The notes beneath the pieces are model-generated. The model was given only the letters and a program-made list of their open reading frames with translations. It did not search any database and was not told the DNA's origin. Below are positions 44,607 through 53,582 of a stretch of DNA of 64,000 nucleotides, in pieces. Each line of letters starts with the position of its first letter. Position 1 is the first letter of the stretch. Both the position numbers and the translations under genes were made by a program. The stretch lies in sequence record MZ443780.1; one strand, given 5' to 3'.

Positions 44607-44835
44607 CGCTACCCACAAATACTACGGCGAAGCATATCAAGGTACGTGGCTGAAAGAGATCGCTCTCAACGGCCAGCAAGTATCAGAAGCCGAGTTTAAA
44701 GACTTCGAGACCGCAAAGGAATGCGCGGATAAGTTACATCAGGTTTGCGACATAGGGTGGATCGTCTATAACGCTTTTTCAGAAAGAGCGATGTACGACA
44801 CCCGTACTGAAAGCCAAGAGTCTGTAAATAACTAG
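44584..44835 (+). CDS. hypothetical protein
   Basis: GGAGG RBS. Confidence 0.7.
   Translation: MARYHVFSATHKYYGEAYQGTWLKEIALNGQQVSEAEFKDFETAKECADKLHQVCDIGWIVYNAFSERAMYDTRTESQESVNN
44822..44830 (+). promoter_or_regulatory. putative phage-sigma promoter motif CTGTAAATA
   Basis: At the end of the 44584 gene, 77 nt upstream of ATG 44908. Confidence 0.35.
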
Positions 44836-44907
44836 CAGGCTCGCCTGCACTTCTACTCAACGTGGAGCTTACGGGCTTCACAAAATTCACTATCAATGAG
44901 GTTCAAA

Positions 44908-45420
44908 ATGAAATTCACTTCAATCGCTATCGCACTGGTCATGGCTGCTTCTTCTGCTAACGCTGCAAACTTCAAAGCGCCAGCTCCTGCTGCGGGCATG
45001 GAGTCTTCCGGCATGACTATCTCTGACAAACTGGACGACTCTTGCCTGAGCAAGCTCGCTGCTGCATCTGACCTGCGTGGCGCTGTTGTTGACTTCGCTG
45101 TGTCGCGTGATGCTATCGACACGGTAGCTCTTTGGCCTCTCGTCTGTGCGCCGACTGTCGAATCAAAATCAATCGACGTTGAGCGCTCCGGCGCTGACAT
45201 GACTCTGACGTACATCAACAAAGATGCGACGATGCCCAAACTCGTTCTGGTGCTGCAACGTGTCAAGTCTGAAAACGACGACGATGCACCTGCGTATCAA
45301 GTTGTTCAGGTCGGTGATATGAATGCTATGGGTTATGAAGAACAGGCCGCCGTCAAAGACTGGCTGCTTGATTGCTATGCAGCTACCGTACAAGATGACC
45401 TGACGGTGGTACTGAACTAA
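44908..45420 (+). CDS. secreted/periplasmic protein with Sec signal peptide
   Basis: MKFTSIAIALVMAASSANA-A signal peptide; GAGG RBS. Confidence 0.75.
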   Translation: MKFTSIAIALVMAASSANAANFKAPAPAAGMESSGMTISDKLDDSCLSKLAAASDLRGAVVDFAVSRDAIDTVALWPLVCAPTVESKSIDVERSGADMTLTYINKDATMPKLVLVLQRVKSENDDDAPAYQVVQVGDMNAMGYEEQAAVKDWLLDCYAATVQDDLTVVLN

Positions 45421-45728
45421 TGCCAAAGAAGGATATGTCTGCGTTCAATGCGCAACGCACTTTAATAAACAAAGCCGCATCAACTCCCGCAGATTGGGAA
45501 ACGTTCAAACAAATGTTACTCAATCTGCGTCTGGCTGTTGCTGTTGAGCCTCGTCCTGATGCTGCTGTACGTCACCTTGCGCGTACATGGTACACTGACG
45601 ACAAATACCCGCTGCCTGTCTGCAAAGCAACGCTGTTGAAACTTATGGCGTTGAAGAAGGCTAACCGCAATCTTGAAGAAATGATCGCGCTCTATATTGA
45701 CCTCGAAGGAGAAACAACTAATGTCTGA
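45420..45728 (+). CDS. hypothetical protein
   Basis: TAATG coupling. Confidence 0.7.
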   Translation: MPKKDMSAFNAQRTLINKAASTPADWETFKQMLLNLRLAVAVEPRPDAAVRHLARTWYTDDKYPLPVCKATLLKLMALKKANRNLEEMIALYIDLEGETTNV

Positions 45729-46917
45729 TCTGAATGAACTGTCTGTGGCCGCTCGTCGTCTGTTTGCTAACGGTGATGCTCATGTGCGTGATGCGCTTCG
45801 TGCCGTAGCAAACACGGTTATCGCAGACTCTGCTCGATTCAAGTATGAGTTCTCCGAGCCTGCTGTCGAGTCTGTCTATCGTACTCTCGAAAGTCTGACG
45901 TTCTCAGGTGACGGTACGTTGCTTCTGCCCGCAGATGAAATTTATGCGTTTGACCAGCTTCTGAACAAGAAGTACCGCGACAACTTCTACTCGTCTGTGT
46001 GCAACGTTGCGTTCACTCAACGGCAAACCAACCCGCGTACTTCAATGCTCGAAGCGTTCCCGCGCAGCAACGAATACATGTGCGAAATTCTGGCTCGCGC
46101 ATTTGTGTGGGTGCTGATGCAGACTGGACTGGATAATCTTCTGGTAAAAGATTGCATCGTTGCTGGTCACACGCGTCTGCCGCAATTCATTATTGCGTTG
46201 CAGACAGAAGGTCAAGACGAAGGCTACACCAGCCTGTTCTCGCTATTCAACCCACTGTCCGATGATTATCAGGTAGTGTCTGCTACAAACTTCTTCCCAG
46301 AAGAATACCGTAAGCAGTTGCTGGCAGAAGCTACAGGGAATCTGCCGCCTGAGTACCGAGAAGTTGACAACATGACATTCGAACAACTCGGTGCGCTGTT
46401 GACTCGTCTTAACTTGGTAGGCCCAGCGTCTGCTAAGAAGAAATATCGCTGTGGTTGTGAAGGTGATTGCGAAGATGATTGCGATGCGTCTGGCTCCTCT
46501 TACAATAACCTTGAAGACTTCGATGACGCCAGCGATCTGCGTGACGTCTTCTACAACCACTACGGTTGGCCTGACGACGATATCGAAATTGACGACTCTC
46601 TGTGGGTAACTGGTAAGTCGAAGATGAAAGTCAACATCGACATTCCGGTAGTAACTCTTGCCGAACCTAAAGCTGCGAAAGAGCGTGGCTACAGGTCTAA
46701 AAAGATGCCGAAGAAAGCTATGGCTAAGTCCGGCACTCGTATTGAACTGGACTACACCCAACAACTGTGGCATCCGGTAACTCTCGATACCGAAGGCGCG
46801 AATCGCGTGTTTGCTATCACTCTCGTTTCTCGTCACACGTCTGGTGTCAATCGCGCAGTAGCTACTGCCCGTGAAGCGTTCGCAATTGCCGCCGTACTTG
46901 CTGATCTTGACAAATAA
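45721..46917 (+). CDS. hypothetical protein
   Basis: AAGGAG RBS before ATG 45721, 398 aa. Confidence 0.8.
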   Translation: MSDLNELSVAARRLFANGDAHVRDALRAVANTVIADSARFKYEFSEPAVESVYRTLESLTFSGDGTLLLPADEIYAFDQLLNKKYRDNFYSSVCNVAFTQRQTNPRTSMLEAFPRSNEYMCEILARAFVWVLMQTGLDNLLVKDCIVAGHTRLPQFIIALQTEGQDEGYTSLFSLFNPLSDDYQVVSATNFFPEEYRKQLLAEATGNLPPEYREVDNMTFEQLGALLTRLNLVGPASAKKKYRCGCEGDCEDDCDASGSSYNNLEDFDDASDLRDVFYNHYGWPDDDIEIDDSLWVTGKSKMKVNIDIPVVTLAEPKAAKERGYRSKKMPKKAMAKSGTRIELDYTQQLWHPVTLDTEGANRVFAITLVSRHTSGVNRAVATAREAFAIAAVLADLDK

Positions 46918-46962
46918 CTGGACAAACTAGCGCTTCGATTTGAGGCGCTTTTCTGCTATAAT
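46912..46962 (+). promoter_or_regulatory. early sigma70 promoter with conserved upstream element
   Basis: AAATAA-CTGGACAAACT-N5-TTCGAT-N17-TATAAT with TG extension. Confidence 0.8.
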
Positions 46963-47029
46963 AGCAGCTAGAGCAATATAGCTCTCAACGTCATTTTTAA
47001 CTATACGTTTATCACGGGAAACTTTTATA

Positions 47030-47332
47030 ATGTCACGCAAAATTTCACGCAAGAAAGCAGTCGACCTGATGTCCAAAACTTACAACGCAAAACATCCTGA
47101 ATATCTTCCGCGTCTGTTAGCCGAAGATATGGACTCGACTCACCTGTTCGAGTTTCGTGAGATGGTCGTTGCTAAGATTCAGGCTGGCGAAGACCCAACT
47201 AAAGTTGTCGATGATATGATCGACACTGCGATTCGTGTGACTCAGGTTCGTCGTCGCACCAGCAACGACTACAACCCGAAAATTGCAGACGTACTTACTG
47301 ACGAACTGCGTGATATGCTCCGTAACCTCTAA
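47030..47332 (+). CDS. hypothetical protein
   Basis: 100 aa. Confidence 0.75.
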   Translation: MSRKISRKKAVDLMSKTYNAKHPEYLPRLLAEDMDSTHLFEFREMVVAKIQAGEDPTKVVDDMIDTAIRVTQVRRRTSNDYNPKIADVLTDELRDMLRNL

Positions 47333-47340
47333 GGATAAAA

Positions 47341-47895
47341 ATGAAAAGCTACGGTTACTTCTATATTCTGAATCACATCGCTATGGCCGTAGATGCACCC
47401 AACAAGGAAGTTGGGTTTAAAGCTCTCGTTGAACTGGACATGTTCAATCGCGCATCTATCTTCACTCGTCCTGATAGCGAACCACGCGCTGCAAAGCTCG
47501 TTCGTGATCTGACAGACGCTATCTATCCGAAGTCTGCTGATGCAAACCCGACTATCGAGCAACGCATGATGCTTGTGCAAGCGCTGCACGATCAGGAACT
47601 CGAATCGATCTTAGGTGACATTCGCTTCTTCGTGCCGTTCGCGTACACGAAAGAGCAGTTGACCGAGCAGTTCGGTTTCTTCGATACAGGCGAAGCGCTC
47701 AACGTGCCGTACTTCTTACGTCACATGTTCATGGATGATCAAGCTGTCTTCTGTGACGGCAAGCTGACTAGCTTCGCTCATTCATGTACTCACGGTGAAG
47801 TATCTCAGACTGCCCGTCAGTACGGTCTCTTCCCTGCTCAGGCGTATGGCAAAAACGATATCCCTGAGCGTTACAAACATCTGCCTCTGTTTTAG
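47341..47895 (+). CDS. hypothetical protein
   Basis: AAGGA RBS. Confidence 0.75.
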   Translation: MKSYGYFYILNHIAMAVDAPNKEVGFKALVELDMFNRASIFTRPDSEPRAAKLVRDLTDAIYPKSADANPTIEQRMMLVQALHDQELESILGDIRFFVPFAYTKEQLTEQFGFFDTGEALNVPYFLRHMFMDDQAVFCDGKLTSFAHSCTHGEVSQTARQYGLFPAQAYGKNDIPERYKHLPLF

Positions 47896-47907
47896 GAGAC
47901 ACTGCTC

Positions 47908-48366
47908 ATGGGAGTTGTTCGCGGTATAACAGCAACCACGTTCCCATCACGGGGACGTGACGAGGGCCAGAAGATTGCTCTCAAGACTCGCTGGGGAATC
48001 TACCCAGCAGTCATCGTTCGTCAAGACAACGATCAGCCATACAATGAGATATGGAAGATCGATGCGAAGAATCTTCCTCGTCGCTATTTCACCGAGAGCG
48101 ACGACCTGTTCGTGTCGCGTCATTACATTGAGAACTACGCCAAGCATTCGCCTATCTGTGCTAAGGGTGAGCTTGAAGGTCAGTTTGTCGATGTAGTGTT
48201 TGACTACGACACGGCGAACAAATGCGAGGGCGTCATCATGACGCATCGTGATCTGCTTTTGGTAATTCTGATTACCACGGGCCCACATTCAGGACGCTAC
48301 GTCACAGGCAAAGAATGTCAGTACGCACCGCGTCCTCGTTCCACCAAAGAACTAATCGACAACTAA
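47908..48366 (+). CDS. hypothetical protein with probable internal duplication
   Basis: AGGAG RBS; two G..G..V...IV..D segments, ending GRYV..KECQY. Confidence 0.7.
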   Translation: MGVVRGITATTFPSRGRDEGQKIALKTRWGIYPAVIVRQDNDQPYNEIWKIDAKNLPRRYFTESDDLFVSRHYIENYAKHSPICAKGELEGQFVDVVFDYDTANKCEGVIMTHRDLLLVILITTGPHSGRYVTGKECQYAPRPRSTKELIDN

Positions 48367-48376
48367 GGATATAAGA

Positions 48377-48946
48377 ATGCAATTTAAAGTAATGCCAGAT
48401 CTCGAACGTTTCCCTGACTTCATTATGCCTAAACGCGCCACTGCGCATTCTGCTGGGTTTGATTTGTTTGCTCAGGAAGATATGATTATCACTGAACAAA
48501 CAACTCTGTTCGAGCTGGGCTTCAAAGCTGCCGTACCCCGCGACTTTAGCGGCGCAAATGATCAGGTACCGAAAGAGTATGTCGGCATCATCTTCCCTCG
48601 CAGCGGCCTGGGTGCTAAGTTCAACTGCCAACTGTCAAACACTCTGGGCGTTATTGATTGTGATTATCGCGGTCAGTGGATGGCTGCCATGCACCTCGGC
48701 GGTAAAGGCACTAAGAGCGGCGCACTTGAAAAAGTACGTGCTTTATTACAGCGCGTTGCGCCTGCGGTCGCTTCTCTGGTATCTGGTCCCGACACCCAAC
48801 TTGCGCTTCACATCAAACGCGGCGAAGCATTTGCACAAGTGCTGTTCTTCGAAGTGCCTATGATGGATATCGTTCAGGTGGCCGAGCTGGACGACACTGA
48901 GCGCGGCGAGGGTGGCTTCGGTTCTACCACGAAGTCTCGTGGTTAG
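48377..48946 (+). CDS. dut: trimeric dUTPase with an extra insertion between motifs III and IV
   Basis: SAGFDL, PRSG, GVIDCDYRG, AQ and RGEGGFGST motifs. Confidence 0.93.
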   Translation: MQFKVMPDLERFPDFIMPKRATAHSAGFDLFAQEDMIITEQTTLFELGFKAAVPRDFSGANDQVPKEYVGIIFPRSGLGAKFNCQLSNTLGVIDCDYRGQWMAAMHLGGKGTKSGALEKVRALLQRVAPAVASLVSGPDTQLALHIKRGEAFAQVLFFEVPMMDIVQVAELDDTERGEGGFGSTTKSRG

Positions 48947-49154
48947 TTTCATTGTCATATTGACTGCCTACTATATTGTGGGCGTCATCATTTTTGTGCG
49001 GGACGTCATGAGCCTTGACGACGATGATCCAGCGCTCAAGATTCTCAATCAAACATTGGACAAAGAAAGCGACCGAAGCGTTCTTTGGACGGCAGTGAAG
49101 CTGGCAACGTTCATTGTATTCGTGCATATCCCTATGTGGATTATCCGATTATAG
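48939..49154 (+). CDS. small membrane protein (2 TM)
   Basis: GTG 48939 overlapping the dut stop; two hydrophobic helices. Confidence 0.6.
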   Translation: MVSFIVILTAYYIVGVIIFVRDVMSLDDDDPALKILNQTLDKESDRSVLWTAVKLATFIVFVHIPMWIIRL

Positions 49155-49212
49155 TGATGTTACTCACACGAGGGGCCTTACGTGGGCTCCTCATTATCGT
49201 AATATAAACACT

Positions 49213-49527
49213 ATGGCAAAGAAAACTTATCTGCTACCCCGAGAGCGACCAAGCCCGTTGCCTAACTTACGAGCCTATCTCGCGTATCTCGCCCGGAAGC
49301 CAAACGCTAATCGTGAAGTATTAGAATCGTACTGCAAAGCAAGTCTGGCCCAGATGCGTCGCAATCGTTTCTTTGTAGGTAAACTCTTTGGCTATAAGGT
49401 GTATACGAAGTCGAACAAGCTCGCATACACGGTTGTGTGGATTGACCCATACAACTATGACTGTCTTGTTCTGAATCATCAAAGGAGAGAAGTAGAGTTC
49501 AAAAACCTTTATGGCCTGCTTTTATAG
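49213..49527 (+). CDS. hypothetical basic protein
   Basis: ATG 49213 after a hairpin. Confidence 0.6.
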   Translation: MAKKTYLLPRERPSPLPNLRAYLAYLARKPNANREVLESYCKASLAQMRRNRFFVGKLFGYKVYTKSNKLAYTVVWIDPYNYDCLVLNHQRREVEFKNLYGLLL

Positions 49528-49564
49528 TTAGGTCCTAGCGCCTTCACACTAGGGGATTCTTCCG

Positions 49565-50245
49565 ATGATAACTGTTCTTAACAATCGTACCGACGAGGTA
49601 ATTAAACGCCTGAACGTAGCAGTATGGTCTTGTGTAGCGTTTGCAACTGTATGTCTGATTGCAGTGCTCTTAACGCCAGCAAACGCCAGTATGTCTACAG
49701 GCCCTGACAACGCCATTGATATGTCTTCCACCGTGTCGCTCGATCCCTCCAATCGTGTAGCGACAAAATACAAGGAGATCGAAAAGGCAATTGTAGTCAA
49801 AGAGGAACGAAGGCCAAAACGCTATGTAACACGCGAGCGCCTCCGACAACTCTATGCGCATCTGCCTCACCCGACTGACTTAGGCAAGCAGATTGATTTG
49901 GCCGCAGAGAAGTACAGTGTAGACGCAAAATTGCTTCTCTCTATCTGCGTCTCCGAGTCGCATCTTCGTGCTAAAGTCAGGAACAAGTCCGGCGCTACTG
50001 GCTTATGTCAAGTAATGCCAAAGATGCACGGACGTTCTGCACGGGAACTCATGGACTACCGAATCAATCTTGATCAGGCAGCCCAGATAGTAGCAACACT
50101 AAACAAGCAGTGTAAAGGTCGTCGTGCTTGTGTCATTCAGGCATACAACACTGGTTGGGGAGCATATTTAAAAGGTGTGCGTTCACCACAATACTTAGCG
50201 AAAGTCCAGACCGAGTATCGCAAAAAGCATACTCCTTCTTCCTGA
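49565..50245 (+). CDS. lytic transglycosylase (SLT domain) with N-terminal signal/anchor
   Basis: ICVSES, GATGLCQVMP, N...A and AYNTG motifs; hydrophobic N-segment ending PANA-S. Confidence 0.88.
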   Translation: MITVLNNRTDEVIKRLNVAVWSCVAFATVCLIAVLLTPANASMSTGPDNAIDMSSTVSLDPSNRVATKYKEIEKAIVVKEERRPKRYVTRERLRQLYAHLPHPTDLGKQIDLAAEKYSVDAKLLLSICVSESHLRAKVRNKSGATGLCQVMPKMHGRSARELMDYRINLDQAAQIVATLNKQCKGRRACVIQAYNTGWGAYLKGVRSPQYLAKVQTEYRKKHTPSS

Positions 50246-50259
50246 TAGAGGATATAATA

Positions 50260-50934
50260 ATGAACATGAATATCACCACACTGTACAAGATGCAATTCCA
50301 GTTGCTGAAACCTTTCTCGCCTCGTCAGGAGTATGCGCTTGTTGTGCTGCTTAATGACAACGTGCGTGATGGTGACGTTGCTGCAATGGCAGAGATAATC
50401 GTTCGTGACTACCCGCACGTTGCTCGTCTGTATGACGCGTTCGCTGCGGCTAATCAGTATGAAAACGCAGTGCCATTCATCGTGCCTGTGTTGAACTCGG
50501 AAGAAGTGACCGAAGAGATCTTCTGCATCCGTGATCACGCGCTGGTTGTAGCCCCGGAATTACGTGAACTCCTGCAACAGGCTTTATCTCGCGTTGTGAT
50601 GATGCGCGAAACGCCTGATGAATTGCTGATGCGTGACGGCATCGAACTGATCTTAGTCGCAGACGCTATTCCACATCTGCTCGGTCAGTTTGTTGACAGT
50701 ATGCTTGACGCGTACAACTGTGGTGTGTTGCCAATGGTCGTGCGTCCGACTAAAGGTCAACAGGCGATGCGTGATGATCGTCTGCTGTCCTTCGAGTTGC
50801 TGCGCGAACATGATATGTTCTCTGGAAGTCTGGACTTCACTAAAGCATTACAGCCGAGCGAACGTGCTCGCGTTGTAGCCCAACAACTGCTTGCCCGCTT
50901 GCGCAATAACACGCTGCAAGCTGTAACACAATAA
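50260..50934 (+). CDS. hypothetical protein
   Basis: GAGGA RBS before ATG 50260. Confidence 0.75.
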   Translation: MNMNITTLYKMQFQLLKPFSPRQEYALVVLLNDNVRDGDVAAMAEIIVRDYPHVARLYDAFAAANQYENAVPFIVPVLNSEEVTEEIFCIRDHALVVAPELRELLQQALSRVVMMRETPDELLMRDGIELILVADAIPHLLGQFVDSMLDAYNCGVLPMVVRPTKGQQAMRDDRLLSFELLREHDMFSGSLDFTKALQPSERARVVAQQLLARLRNNTLQAVTQ

Positions 50935-50939
50935 AACAA

Positions 50940-50969
50940 ACGGGAGACCTTAACTGGTTTCCCGTTTTT
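50940..50969 (+). terminator. intrinsic terminator
   Basis: ACGGGAGACC-TTAACT-GGTTTCCCGT followed by TTTT. Confidence 0.75.
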
Positions 50970-50994
50970 CATTTCTGCGCAAATTTTTGAGACT

Positions 50995-51945
50995 ATGACA
51001 ATGACAAAGACTGCTACCTTCCCGTGGAAAAGTGCCGACCATCGTAACGTGGATTTCGCACTGCGTATCAACAAACTGAATCTGATGGAAACGTGGAACT
51101 ACGTTAAGGCTAATAACAAGCCTGACGCAGAAGGTGACGCGCTTCTATCCATGATGCACTACCACTCTACCGAGCACATGCGTCAGGTAACAGTGATTGC
51201 TCTCTGGTTGTTAGAGCGTGAGTCAGAACAAGCATGGCAGTATGACGTCGGTGCGTTACCTCTGGCAGTCGCGTGTATGTTCCACGACATGAATCACTCG
51301 CTCGGTAAAACTGACGACGAGCAGAACGTGGCCGTAGCCCAAGAGGCATTCAAGCAGTATCTCACTGTTACCGAAGATCAGCGTATCATCGATCAACAGG
51401 ACATTATTCTTGAGCTGATCAAAATCACTCAATTCCCGTACTCGGGGACACGTCAGCCGAAGAATCTTGTCGAGCGCTGCATCCGTGATGCGGATATCCT
51501 GTACGGTATGCAGGAAGATGTTATCGACTATGTAATGTTTTCGCTTCGCCGTGAACTGAATCGTCGTCCGAAAACTTCTACGTTGAAGTATGACCGAGAG
51601 CAGTGGGCAGCAATGCGCATTGACTTCCTGTTCTCAATCGAAATCTATACGCCGACAGCCGAAGCAATCATGGGCTGGGAGTTGTCTTCGACCAACGACA
51701 ATAGCCACGAAGATAAATTGCAGGCGTGGGTGAGCGATGACCCTGTGTTCTACGTTACCACCGCAAATGCGTTGAAAGCGAATGACGTGTTGTTTATCGA
51801 CACGCCAGAAGACGCAACGACGAAGCGCCGTCTGATCGAGCGCATTACAGACATGGGTGTTGGCTTCAACATCTATTTCAATGACGGTGACTCGCTTCAT
51901 CTGCGCAACGGTGAGAAGTGCGTAGCAGTCGAAAGACGCAAATAA
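50995..51945 (+). CDS. HD-domain phosphohydrolase
   Basis: YHSTEH, MFHDMNH and IRDAD motifs. Confidence 0.85.
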   Translation: MTMTKTATFPWKSADHRNVDFALRINKLNLMETWNYVKANNKPDAEGDALLSMMHYHSTEHMRQVTVIALWLLERESEQAWQYDVGALPLAVACMFHDMNHSLGKTDDEQNVAVAQEAFKQYLTVTEDQRIIDQQDIILELIKITQFPYSGTRQPKNLVERCIRDADILYGMQEDVIDYVMFSLRRELNRRPKTSTLKYDREQWAAMRIDFLFSIEIYTPTAEAIMGWELSSTNDNSHEDKLQAWVSDDPVFYVTTANALKANDVLFIDTPEDATTKRRLIERITDMGVGFNIYFNDGDSLHLRNGEKCVAVERRK

Positions 51946-51990
51946 TAGGCTGAAATCGCCGTACTGTCTAAAGTGCGTTTATGCTACAAT
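51940..51990 (+). promoter_or_regulatory. early sigma70 promoter, degenerate upstream element
   Basis: AAATAA-TAGGCTGAAAT-N5-TACTGT-N17-TACAAT with TG extension. Confidence 0.65.
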
Positions 51991-52022
51991 ATGCGTAGAC
52001 GCACTAACAAAGAGAAAACGAT

Positions 52023-52727
52023 ATGAAGCCATTAAAACGCATCTATATTGGTTCAGATACAAATCTGTTTGCGATTAACGCCATCGTCCATCGAACCGCA
52101 TTTATGTATTTGGACGTCACGGTACATTCTGATACTCGGGGAGACAGGGAAATAAAATTACCTGTGCGTGTCAATCCTGATGTTCCTGCCGAATTACGTA
52201 TGGCCGGTGTGAGTTATGGTATATACATGCCTGTATTAGCGTGTCACCCTGCTTCTGATACCGAGTTCCACATTGAGCTGGGTTACACCGATGTTGACGC
52301 GAAGCACTTCGACCTGTACAGCCAGAAGTGTACGCACTGGGCGTATATGGGGCTGCTGCCGGATGTAGCTACTTCTGATGTGCGTGATGCTCGGTACGTT
52401 GCCCCGTTGCGTGTGTACGAAGTACCGAAGCCATTCAACATGCCTGCCAGATATCACCACTATCGCAAATACGGCGCATCGTTGCGTACTGACTATCTGC
52501 GTACTTCTGCGCTCGATAGCATTGACGATGAAACGTGGGCGGCGCTTCTAAGCAAACCTGACCACGGTACTTCATGGTCGCAGTTCTTGAACTCTGTTAC
52601 TAATGGTCGCTTGACGCCGCATGACGATCTGTCCGAGTGTCTCGTAGACATTGACCAAGAGTTCATGCCCGAGAACGTCATTAAACGTCTGCGTCTTGCT
52701 CAACTCGAAAGACGCCTGAGAGGTTAA
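52023..52727 (+). CDS. hypothetical protein
   Basis: 234 aa. Confidence 0.7.
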   Translation: MKPLKRIYIGSDTNLFAINAIVHRTAFMYLDVTVHSDTRGDREIKLPVRVNPDVPAELRMAGVSYGIYMPVLACHPASDTEFHIELGYTDVDAKHFDLYSQKCTHWAYMGLLPDVATSDVRDARYVAPLRVYEVPKPFNMPARYHHYRKYGASLRTDYLRTSALDSIDDETWAALLSKPDHGTSWSQFLNSVTNGRLTPHDDLSECLVDIDQEFMPENVIKRLRLAQLERRLRG

Positions 52728-52729
52728 TC

Positions 52730-52960
52730 ATGATGCACGATATATACAAGGTGAGTGCTGTCCTGTTCTATCTGCTTGGCGCTATGGCTTTCCTTGCACA
52801 TATCGTTGGCTTCGTGAAGAACTGGATGAAGATAAAAGAGATGCGGCAGAAAGCACAGGCGAAGATTGCTAAAGTGAAAACGCCGCATGAATTGATTAAA
52901 CGCCGCTTGCGTAAAGCAGAAGAACGCGCACGGTACCGCCCGCGTAAGATAGGAAATTGA
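52730..52960 (+). CDS. small membrane protein
   Basis: One TM segment plus a basic tail; GAGGT RBS. Confidence 0.65.
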   Translation: MMHDIYKVSAVLFYLLGAMAFLAHIVGFVKNWMKIKEMRQKAQAKIAKVKTPHELIKRRLRKAEERARYRPRKIGN

Positions 52961-52962
52961 CT

Positions 52963-53271
52963 ATGCCTGTTGTTACTCGCAGTAAACGTCTGGAAGATAA
53001 AGTCAAACACGCTGTAGAAATGTGTTGGGATGAAACTACTACAGACAATGAGGGGCCGAAGACGTATAGTTTCTTGGCCACAACATTTGCACAGGATGGA
53101 AAAGAACTGCATGGCAGGGAAGTGCAAATGATCAACCATATCCTGAGTGATGCGCGTTACGTTAACCTTTATGGGCGCTACGTGACCGCGTTACAAAAGA
53201 GCAAGCACGGTGACAGACTCATATTCCAACCCGTCGCTGATCTCGAAGACATTATTGAACTGGAGCTGTAA
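52963..53271 (+). CDS. hypothetical protein
   Basis: AGGA RBS. Confidence 0.65.
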   Translation: MPVVTRSKRLEDKVKHAVEMCWDETTTDNEGPKTYSFLATTFAQDGKELHGREVQMINHILSDARYVNLYGRYVTALQKSKHGDRLIFQPVADLEDIIELEL

Positions 53272-53272
53272 C

Positions 53273-53581
53273 ATGGAAAAGATTAAACCTAATCTGCAAT
53301 ATATCCAAACGGTAACGCTGCGTACTCTTGAGGACATTGCGCAGCGTAAGCGTGAGCGCAATCTTCCGCCTAACACGTCATTCTCTATCAAGCAGTCACA
53401 TCTGTTCCCTGAGCATGAGATGACGATTCGTAATGCAAGCGACATGGCGATCTTTCTATCATCACCGAGTTTGTGTGAAAAGTATGGTCGCTGGGCGATA
53501 GCTCCTGAGCGTAATGCACAAGGGGATCGCGTTGTCGTCTTCGTCCCTGTCCCAGAAATCCCTGATGTTGAGGAGCTGTAA
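53273..53581 (+). CDS. hypothetical protein
   Basis: GGAG RBS before ATG 53273. Confidence 0.7.
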   Translation: MEKIKPNLQYIQTVTLRTLEDIAQRKRERNLPPNTSFSIKQSHLFPEHEMTIRNASDMAIFLSSPSLCEKYGRWAIAPERNAQGDRVVVFVPVPEIPDVEEL

Positions 53582-53582
53582 C

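Noticed and set aside
48939-49154. Calling the 2-TM protein a holin
   Set aside because: Hydrophobicity alone is insufficient, and several similar small membrane proteins occur elsewhere (36213, 41774, 52730).
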